In this document: piece by piece, positions 25,133 through 32,000 of the stretch
Position numbering within the stretch: the stretch's first letter is position 1
Layout of the letters: each line of letters begins with the position of its first letter
From: Aeropyrum pernix K1
GTDB lineage: Archaea > Thermoproteota > Thermoprotei_A > Sulfolobales > Acidilobaceae
Assembly (NCBI RefSeq): GCF_000011125.1
Contig: NC_000854.2
Coordinates: 1,440,001 to 1,472,000 of the forward strand
Length of the DNA: 32,000 nt
Direction: 5' to 3'
Translations under genes and position numbers: made by a program
The notes under the pieces: model-generated
Told to the model about the DNA's origin: nothing
Databases searched by the model: none
What the model saw: only the letters and a program-made list of their open reading frames with translations

Positions 25133-25867
25133 TCAACCCTTCTGGGGCGGCACGAGCCCACCCATGTCCTCTATCTCCTTAGACGCCTCCTCTATATCCT
25201 TGAAAGTGTCTATGCTCCTCCAGTAGAAAGGCGGTATTTCATACCTAGCCGCCACTAACTTTCCATCCGAGGCCAGCTGAGGGAATGTCGTCTTCTCAAT
25301 GTCGCCCTGCTGGGGGAGATACTTCACTATCTCCTTGCTGACGGCGTAGAGCCCCCCGTTTATCCAGTAGTCGTATATGAAGGGCTTCTCCCTGAACCCT
25401 GTGACATTGCCATCGTCGAGCTCTAGAATACCGTAGGGGCTCCTGAGGGGTACCGCGGCTATCCCGGCCACAGCCTCCCTCTCCCTTACAAGCCTGACCA
25501 GGGGGTCGGGGTCTATGTTGGTGACTATGTCCCCGTTGACTACTAGGACGAGGTTTTCCTTCTCAATTATGTGTCTAGCGTTCCAGAGGGCCCCGGCGGT
25601 GCCCAGCGGCTTATCCTCGACCACGTACGTTATCTTAACGCCGAACTTAGCCCCCGAACCCATCTCCTCTATAATCCTCTCCTTCAGGTAGCCGACGAGG
25701 AGGACGAACTCCTCAACGCCATAGTATCGGAGCCACTCTATCTGGTGGACTAGGACAGGCTTCCCAGCCACCTCAAGCAGGGGCTTGGGCTTATGCTCTG
25801 TGAGGGGCCTTAGCCTCTTACCATAGCCTCCGGCTAGAATCAGCGCCAGCACTCGTATCAGCCCCAA
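25133..25867 (-). CDS. Nucleotidyltransferase, NDP-sugar pyrophosphorylase family (mannose-1-P guanylyltransferase-like)
   Basis: LILAGGYGKRLRPLTEHKPKPLLEVAGKP, GTAGAL, VVNGDIVTNID, EKP, NGGLYAVSKEI. Confidence 0.88.
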   Translation of the reverse strand: MGLIRVLALILAGGYGKRLRPLTEHKPKPLLEVAGKPVLVHQIEWLRYYGVEEFVLLVGYLKERIIEEMGSGAKFGVKITYVVEDKPLGTAGALWNARHIIEKENLVLVVNGDIVTNIDPDPLVRLVREREAVAGIAAVPLRSPYGILELDDGNVTGFREKPFIYDYWINGGLYAVSKEIVKYLPQQGDIEKTTFPQLASDGKLVAARYEIPPFYWRSIDTFKDIEEASKEIEDMGGLVPPQKG

Positions 25868-26016
25868 AAGACAGGTATAAGCGACTACCCTTATAGATTA
25901 GGCCTTATCAATCGCTGGGCGGGCTGGCTGCGAATCTGAGTGCACAGACCCTGCTGCCTACACTGGTGCTTTTGTGGATGCCGAGCGGGCGGTAAAAAAC
26001 TTCTTCACGAGGCTCT

Positions 26017-27603
26017 TTATCTGCGCGTGAGGAGGAAGAGGCCTATGCCGCCTAATACGATCACCGCTACAGCTGCTGCTATAACAGAGATCACTGGGCG
26101 GCCCGAATTATCTCTGTAACCGGATACACCCTTTTCGCCAGCTTCTTCTCCGCCCGTTGTTGTTTCTTCCCCGCCTCCTCCTGTCTTTGTTGTCTGCCTA
26201 GGGGTGGAAGTCTCCGTCTTCGGTTCTGTTGTCCCCGTGATACCCGTCTGTCCTGTCTCCGTTGCTGTGACCTCGCCTCCGCCGTCCGATGGCGCTTCTC
26301 CCCCGAGCGTCAATGATATTTTAACGGGCACAGTTTCTATATCAACGGCGTACTTCTCCTCGGAAGCGTCTTCGAAAGCTATAGCCACAACCTTAGCCTC
26401 TATATCCCCTTCTGATATCTCGCCTCTCAAGAGGCTCCTCTCAACTGCGCTCAGATCGGGCGAGTTGGAGGGGACTTTCCTTGTTAACTTCATAGTGTAG
26501 ACCCATTCACTCCAGTCCCCAGGATTAATGGGCTCCATCGAGATGACTCCCTCTATTGAACCAATGCCTCCAGGCAGGGTGAAGGACATCTCTTGCCTAT
26601 ATCCGTCTGCTAGATTGTCGTCGTATAGCGCTGATATGTCGGGGCCGATCATCGTGTTCACAGCCTGCGAGGTCGCGAACTCCCCTGAGACGAACACCTC
26701 GATGGCCAGGCCCACGTGGTGGGCTCCGCTTGAAACCCCGCTCACTTCAACGGAATAGCTAATCTCCACCATACCGTCCTCCGTCGTTATAGCCTCGATC
26801 TTTATGCCCTCTATCCTTGTTATCTCCACGCTCACGCTGGTGCTGTTGGTCTGTAGGAGTGAATAGAAGGGCTCGTCCTCACTGGGCTCCTCGGTTTCTG
26901 TATAGGTATCGGTGACGGGTATCCCCGTGTAGGTTGTAGTCCCGGTCTCCTCTCCGCCACCACCTACGCTGAAGTCCAACTGGTCTTCGATAGTCTGGAC
27001 GGGGCTCATTGTGGCGTCAAACACGCCTATAGCGAAGAAGCCATAAACGTCTAGGGTGTCGGCGTTTGAAAGAATCTCGTCTATACCGCTTGTAATTGTA
27101 GTGTCAAAAGTGAAGTTTAGAATGTAGGCGTTATCGGATGCCTCAGGCGTGGTGGCCATGAAAGTGTATGAGCCGCCTTCGAATTCTACCGTGGCCGCCG
27201 CCATCGTCTGCCTCCCAGCGCCCGGCATATACATGTCTGTTACACTGGCCTGGATGCTCGCCCATCCATCCTCACCTCTATACGCCTCTATCGTCAAGTC
27301 AAGAGTTACAAATATGAAGAGGTTCTCCCTCTCCTCCACGGGACCCGGCTCGGGTATAGAGCCTTCAGCTACTACTACTATCGTAAAATCGCCTGTGTTG
27401 GGATCGAGCTTTACAGAGACTCTCTTCACGTCCCCAGAACTCGCGTCCAATATGTTCTCGGTGGCGAAGTAGTTTACATCGCCAGTAGGGTCCTCGAACG
27501 ATAGCGAGGCAGGACTACCCACAGCTTCAAGGCTTGAGAGGGGGGCGAGTAGGATTATTGTCATTACACCGAGTAGTGCAACCAGCTTTAGAGATCCCTT
27601 CAA
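26017..27603 (-). CDS. Secreted protein with Thr/Gly/Glu-rich stalk and C-terminal TM anchor
   Basis: N-terminal signal peptide MKGSLKLVALLGVMTIILLAP; stalk TETGQTGITGTTEPKTETSTPRQTTKTGGGGEETTTGGEE; C-terminal ISVIAAAVAVIVLGGIGLFLLTRR. Confidence 0.65.
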   Translation of the reverse strand: MKGSLKLVALLGVMTIILLAPLSSLEAVGSPASLSFEDPTGDVNYFATENILDASSGDVKRVSVKLDPNTGDFTIVVVAEGSIPEPGPVEERENLFIFVTLDLTIEAYRGEDGWASIQASVTDMYMPGAGRQTMAAATVEFEGGSYTFMATTPEASDNAYILNFTFDTTITSGIDEILSNADTLDVYGFFAIGVFDATMSPVQTIEDQLDFSVGGGGEETGTTTYTGIPVTDTYTETEEPSEDEPFYSLLQTNSTSVSVEITRIEGIKIEAITTEDGMVEISYSVEVSGVSSGAHHVGLAIEVFVSGEFATSQAVNTMIGPDISALYDDNLADGYRQEMSFTLPGGIGSIEGVISMEPINPGDWSEWVYTMKLTRKVPSNSPDLSAVERSLLRGEISEGDIEAKVVAIAFEDASEEKYAVDIETVPVKISLTLGGEAPSDGGGEVTATETGQTGITGTTEPKTETSTPRQTTKTGGGGEETTTGGEEAGEKGVSGYRDNSGRPVISVIAAAVAVIVLGGIGLFLLTRR

Positions 27604-27700
27604 ATCTGGTTCTCCGCAGCCTTTAAACGGCTACGCTGTAAGATGGCGCTAACACGCGTTAATATTTGTATATGCGTAGGAAATACATACTCCGTTAGAA

Positions 27701-27716
27701 TTACTGTTCTCAGTAA
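27701..27716. promoter_or_regulatory. Short inverted repeat TTACTG-TTCT-CAGTAA
   Basis: Perfect 6-nt arms, 4-nt spacer. Confidence 0.4.
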
Positions 27717-27733
27717 CTACATCCTCCTTATGC

Positions 27734-27754
27734 TCTGCTAGAAGTTCTAGCAGA
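27734..27754. promoter_or_regulatory. Perfect 21-nt palindrome TCTGCTAGAA-G-TTCTAGCAGA
   Basis: 10-nt arms, 1-nt centre, intergenic. Confidence 0.5.
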
Positions 27755-27894
27755 ACCGGGCGTTTACAAGGTAGGGTCCTGTACGTCACACTCAGCGATA
27801 GACTAAGAGTGGAAGGGGGAATTATGAAATGAGCAGATCATCCATGCAGGGCCGGAGAGGAGCCTTGCCCCCCATGAGCCCTGATCTTCATGCA

Positions 27895-28875
27895 TTAGGG
27901 CTGAGCTTCAGAACGTATTCCCAAGACCTTCTCTATGTATTTTGCGGTGAACCAGGCGTCGCTACCCCTGTAGGCGTCAACGATAACCCTCTTCGGCCGG
28001 GCTTCCCTGACGTAGTCTATGATCTCCCTGAATGTTGCATGGTCGCTGAAGGAAACGTTTATCATCCTATCTCCCGACCACGCGGCGGGGGCTCTCATCT
28101 CCCAGCCGGTCAGCCTGACGTGGACCCCGGGGAATCTCCGTATGCTGTTGAGCCTGGTCATGTGGAGGAACACTACTGCCGAATAGTCTATTGGGCCTCC
28201 GGTGTAGATCTCTACCTCTCCCAGGTCTACCCCGTAGAACTCGCTGGCTATGAGGGAGAGCCTGTAGGTCTTCTCGTCGGCCACGAAGGGGTAGTCCACG
28301 CCCCTTAGCCGTAGCTGCGCCATGACTTCCTGGAGTTTACCGTTGTATCCGTATATCCAGACCGGCCCTTCCCCCACGAACCTGTCTATTATTTCTATGA
28401 GGGCGGCTATGGCGTCCCACTCGCTCCACCTTCTCTGGAGTCTGGGGCTACCATACGTGGCGTCAACTACTAGGATGTCGAGGTCCTGGAGGGGTGGTGT
28501 ACCGGGCATTTTGAAGTCGCTCGTGTAGCCAAACCTGCCGTGGCCCGTCTCCACTAAGACTTGGGCGCTGCCTGCTATATGTCTCGCCTTGACTAGCGTT
28601 ACCCTTTCACCGTCGAAATCCAGCGAGGCTCCGTAGGGGAGTTCGACCCTCCTCTCGGGAGGTACCCTCTTCCCCAGTACCTCGAGGAATCTGAAGGTGT
28701 ATGGGGTGGCTATTATGAGAAGGCTCTCCCTCACGCTCCGCGAGAGCCCCTTCATGTGGTCTTCATGAGCATGTGTGACTATCCTAACGGGCCTTCTATG
28801 GTAGGCGTCGGCGGCGAAGCTGCAGCCTAGCAGTATTGCCCCCTTGCTGGTGACTCTGGCGCCGCAGCCTTCCAA
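27895..28875 (-). CDS. Metallo-beta-lactamase fold exonuclease (COG1236-like RNA/DNA processing)
   Basis: VTHAHEDHMKG, KARHIAGSAQVLVE, YTSDF, DATYG, HATFREI-type motif (FSDHATF). Confidence 0.8.
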   Translation of the reverse strand: MEGCGARVTSKGAILLGCSFAADAYHRRPVRIVTHAHEDHMKGLSRSVRESLLIIATPYTFRFLEVLGKRVPPERRVELPYGASLDFDGERVTLVKARHIAGSAQVLVETGHGRFGYTSDFKMPGTPPLQDLDILVVDATYGSPRLQRRWSEWDAIAALIEIIDRFVGEGPVWIYGYNGKLQEVMAQLRLRGVDYPFVADEKTYRLSLIASEFYGVDLGEVEIYTGGPIDYSAVVFLHMTRLNSIRRFPGVHVRLTGWEMRAPAAWSGDRMINVSFSDHATFREIIDYVREARPKRVIVDAYRGSDAWFTAKYIEKVLGIRSEAQP

Positions 28876-28930
28876 GCCCTATCCCAGAGTTTAGCGCTGG
28901 CAGCCGCCTCTCTTTACAGATAACCCCGCA

Positions 28931-30181
28931 TCACCCGGTGCTACCGTTTTTAAACCCGGAGTTCTCGGCTATCCTGGCGAACTCGCTGACTAGTATAGCC
29001 TCTATGTCCTCCAGGGACAGTTGACCCCTGTCACTAGCCTCCTCGAGAAGCCTTCTCAACGCGCCCCCCACCTTTTTTGTGTAGGAGTTGAGCGCGAGCT
29101 CCACGGCCTCGCGGGGGTCTACGCCGTTCCTAAGGCCGGCAAGCGTTCTCTCATACTCCCTCTCGGCGAGTATGGAGAGGGCCCTCATGACGGATCTCGA
29201 AGACTCTCTAGCCCTTCTCCTAGAGAGGGCATCCAGCAGGGCCTCCAGCTCCTCCTCTATTATCGCCTCGGCGGCAGGTATCCAACGCAGCCTCTCCTCC
29301 ATCATCCTCTTAGCCTCCTCCTCAACCTCGGGCATGTGGAAAACCCTGCCCGCCACCTTTGGGGTAACCGGCGGGTTTGAGATGTCTACTATAACCCTGG
29401 GGCTCACGCCCCTCTCAACCCTCCCCCTCTCCAGAATATTGGTAGAGCCTGCTATGGCGACGAAGAGGGCGTCTAATTCATTTATAAGCTTCGCCAGCTC
29501 GTCAAGCGGTAATACTAGGGACTCCACGCCCCTGCACTTGCCAGCGACCTCCCAACCCCTCTCAGGGGTCCTGTTAAACACCGCTACAACTCTCGGCCTC
29601 CACCTGGTGCACAATGCTCTGGCTATGCCTACGGCAGCCATGCCCGCCCCCACTATGCCAACTCTCGCCCCGTCAAGCCCACCTCCTAGGAGGCTGGCAG
29701 CTAGGGACACCGCCGCGCTGGAGTACCCCACTCCACCCGACGATATGGCCGACTCGCTTCTAACCCTGGCCCCAGTCTTGAGGGCCCTGTGGAACACCTC
29801 GTCGAGCAGAGGCGTGGTGAACCCCTTCTCCCTAGACTTAAGCCAGGCTCTGCGTACCTGCCCGAGGACCTCGTGATCCCCTATTATCTGGGACTCGAGG
29901 CCCGAGGCCACTCTGAAGAGGTGTCTGGCGGCATCGATACCTTGTAGCCTTACTAGGCCTTCTCCACCGGGGGAGGCTATGCTGGAGGCGAGGTCCTCCA
30001 CTAGCCTGGATGGGCTGTCTAGATAGACCTCGAACCTGTTGCACGTTGCTATTATGACGGTTCCTCTCGATGCATAACCTATAGTGTCTAGGTGTTTCTC
30101 CCACTCTTTCTCAAGCCTGGCCACGTGCTCCCTGGAGGCGGTTTTAACGTTTACCCCTATCATGGCGAGCCTGTCTATCAT
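28931..30181 (-). CDS. hemA: Glutamyl-tRNA reductase
   Basis: IIATCNRFEVY, VASGLESQIIGDHEVLGQVRRAW, GAGMAAVGIARAL, VDISNPPV. Confidence 0.95.
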   Translation of the reverse strand: MIDRLAMIGVNVKTASREHVARLEKEWEKHLDTIGYASRGTVIIATCNRFEVYLDSPSRLVEDLASSIASPGGEGLVRLQGIDAARHLFRVASGLESQIIGDHEVLGQVRRAWLKSREKGFTTPLLDEVFHRALKTGARVRSESAISSGGVGYSSAAVSLAASLLGGGLDGARVGIVGAGMAAVGIARALCTRWRPRVVAVFNRTPERGWEVAGKCRGVESLVLPLDELAKLINELDALFVAIAGSTNILERGRVERGVSPRVIVDISNPPVTPKVAGRVFHMPEVEEEAKRMMEERLRWIPAAEAIIEEELEALLDALSRRRARESSRSVMRALSILAEREYERTLAGLRNGVDPREAVELALNSYTKKVGGALRRLLEEASDRGQLSLEDIEAILVSEFARIAENSGFKNGSTG

Positions 30182-31104
30182 TAAGAGCCACCTCCTGTCT
30201 TATGCCAGCCCTCCACAACCCGGGACAGCTCCTCTCCAAGACTGACGCCGATTCTCCTAGCCTCCTCGATCCTCCCCTCGGCTCTAGCCCAGTAGGCCCT
30301 GGATCCGTCGGGCGAGAGGGCGGCGGCTGTCACCCTAACCATGCTCCGGCCCAGCGGCTCGGCGTATGCGGCTACGGGGGTTCTACAGCCGGCCCTTGCC
30401 CCCTCAAGCACACCCCTCTCCGCCCAGGCCACATGCCACCACGGGGGCTTATCCAAATCTCGTAGCATCTTCTCAACGTTGCTTCCAACCCTGGCTACGA
30501 CGGCCACGAACCCCTGGCCGGGCGCTGGGGGGAAGTAGCTCGGGTCTAGGGGCGTGTACTCTACGTCGACGCCTAGCCTTATGAGACCCGCCTCCGAGGC
30601 AATTATTGCGTCGTAGAGGCCCTCCCTAAGCTTCCTCAGCCTCGTGTCTAGGTTGCCCCTGAGGTTCTCCACCCTGATCCTCGGGTTGTAGTGGAGGGAG
30701 AGAGCCCTTCTCCTCGCGCTGGATGTGCCTAAGGTGGAACCGGGCTCAAGGTCCTCGACCCTCCCAGGGCCTTGTCGTGATATGAGGGCGTCTCTGGCGG
30801 ACGGCCTGCTGGCTATGTAGACTATTTTGAGGGGGCCGCCGTAGCCGCTGGTCGGCATGTCCTTTAGGCTATGAACGGCAATGTCCGCAGCCCCCGACGC
30901 CACGGCCCTGTCGACCTCCCTCGTGAACACCCCCACGACTCCAATTGACTCCAGCGGCCTGTCGCTCCACACGTCGCCAGCGCTCTTCACCCTCACCACC
31001 TCCCAGTGCATCGAGACTCCCGCGTACCTGGAGAGTTCTTCCAGGGCCTGCTCTACCTGCAGGAGGCTGAGCCTACTCCCCCTCGCCGCCACCCTCACCC
31101 TCAA
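30181..31104 (-). CDS. hemC: Porphobilinogen deaminase (hydroxymethylbilane synthase)
   Basis: VAARGSRLSLLQVEQAL, FTREVDRAVASGAADIAVHSLKDMPT, LGTSSARR, FPPAPGQGFVAV, GARAGCRTPVAAYA; TTG start. Confidence 0.95.
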   Translation of the reverse strand: MRVRVAARGSRLSLLQVEQALEELSRYAGVSMHWEVVRVKSAGDVWSDRPLESIGVVGVFTREVDRAVASGAADIAVHSLKDMPTSGYGGPLKIVYIASRPSARDALISRQGPGRVEDLEPGSTLGTSSARRRALSLHYNPRIRVENLRGNLDTRLRKLREGLYDAIIASEAGLIRLGVDVEYTPLDPSYFPPAPGQGFVAVVARVGSNVEKMLRDLDKPPWWHVAWAERGVLEGARAGCRTPVAAYAEPLGRSMVRVTAAALSPDGSRAYWARAEGRIEEARRIGVSLGEELSRVVEGWHKTGGGS

Positions 31105-32000
31105 GACCCCAGCACCGTCTTGAGCGAACTCCTGAGGCCCTCAACCGCAATCTCTAGGGCCTCACCCTGGTGTGGGAGGCCTGTGAATACTGCCTCCAGG
31201 TTCGAGGGAGCTATGAATACGCCCCTCCTGAGCATCTCTTCGTGGAGCTTGACGTAGAACTTCTTATCAGCTTTTCTCGCCTGGGCAGCGTTGGAAACCT
31301 CCTCGACTCCTATGAAAAGCTGCATCATGCTCTCCACCCTGTTTATAGTGTAGGGTAAGCCCGTCCTGTCGAGGACCTCGGATGCCGCCTCCTCGAGAGC
31401 CTTTGCCGCCTCCCTCGAAACACTGTAGACCGGCTCCTCCTCGAGAGCCTTCAGCGTGGCCAGCCCGGCAGCCATGGTTATGGGGTGCGCGTTGAACGTT
31501 CCCGCGTTGAACACCTTGCCCTGGGGTGTTAGGAGGCTCATCACCTCCCTAGACCCTGCTACAGCGCCGACCGGGAAGCCGCCGCCTATTATCTTGCCCA
31601 GAACAATTATGTCGCCTTCAATGTTGAAGTAGCCTTGAGCCCCTTCGAGACCGAGCCTGAACCCTGTGACCACTTCATCCAGGATCAGAAGCGCCCCACT
31701 CTCTCTGGAAAGCCTCTGGAGGGCCGCTAGGAACTCCCTGCGGGGAGGTATAACCCCAGCATTAGCTATAACGGGCTCTACTATGACTCCCGCTATCCTG
31801 TCTCCATACTCGGCGAAGACGCGTTCGAGAGCCTCGACATCGTTATACGGGGTGACGAGGGTTAGCCTGGCGACAGCCTCAGGGACCCCCGCGCTGGTAG
31901 GGACGCCGTAGTGTGCAGCCGCGCTCCCAGCTGCAACGAGCACAGCGTCGTGGCTACCGTGGTAGCACCCGTCGAACTTCAGTATGAGGTCTCTCCCAGT
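31101..32000 (-). CDS. hemL: Glutamate-1-semialdehyde 2,1-aminomutase, N-terminus beyond window edge
   Basis: KFDGCYHGSHDAVL (from upstream of ORF track start), LILDEVVTGFRLG, LGKIIGGGFPVGAVAG, GTFNAHP. Confidence 0.95.
   Translation of the reverse strand, partial: TGRDLILKFDGCYHGSHDAVLVAAGSAAAHYGVPTSAGVPEAVARLTLVTPYNDVEALERVFAEYGDRIAGVIVEPVIANAGVIPPRREFLAALQRLSRESGALLILDEVVTGFRLGLEGAQGYFNIEGDIIVLGKIIGGGFPVGAVAGSREVMSLLTPQGKVFNAGTFNAHPITMAAGLATLKALEEEPVYSVSREAAKALEEAASEVLDRTGLPYTINRVESMMQLFIGVEEVSNAAQARKADKKFYVKLHEEMLRRGVFIAPSNLEAVFTGLPHQGEALEIAVEGLRSSLKTVLGS

Noticed and set aside
25005-25226. 74-aa plus-strand ORF MAHEGGSGRGPALPPKPARN...
   Set aside because: Covers the H/ACA RNA structure, Pro/Gly-rich composition, no motifs; RNA interpretation explains the sequence better
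1-32000. CRISPR arrays, transposases, integrase/att structures or toxin-antitoxin pairs
   Set aside because: Read through for regularly spaced repeats and signature proteins; none found. The tRNA-Tyr has no adjacent integrase or obvious partial 3' tRNA duplication within the window

Overview
This is a 32 kb stretch of a hyperthermophilic crenarchaeal chromosome. The peroxiredoxin at 13440-14192 matches my memory of the Aeropyrum pernix thioredoxin peroxidase, so Aeropyrum is the likely source; no database search was run. It is mostly ordinary chromosomal content: a truncated MFS-like transporter, a GNAT-ABC ATPase fusion (COG2401-like), a thioredoxin-CcdA / CcmF-like cytochrome c maturation pair, a nitrilase, a peroxiredoxin, a membrane-anchored Lon-type (S16) protease, a DUF357-like/cytidylyltransferase fusion, a metallophosphoesterase, an acyl-CoA synthetase, threonine synthase, a COG1839-like protein, an S9 peptidase, an NDP-sugar pyrophosphorylase, an MBL-fold nuclease and a hemL-hemC-hemA cluster. 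Several surface proteins share a Thr-rich stalk and C-terminal anchor. The most interesting items are absent from the supplied ORF track: (1) a convincing H/ACA-box guide RNA candidate at 25025-25108 with a predicted 16S rRNA pseudouridylation target; (2) a 34-aa C2H2 zinc-finger micro-ORF ending in a natural His6 tail at 5017-5121; (3) a +1 frameshift splitting the acyl-CoA synthetase at about 18069-18073; (4) a tRNA-Tyr with a 39-nt intron and canonical bulge-helix-bulge; (5) a threonine synthase whose zinc ribbon starts upstream of the first canonical start codon; (6) a possible C/D box sRNA; (7) a 21-nt perfect palindrome. I found no CRISPR array, transposase or clear mobile element, and no clear novel defence system.
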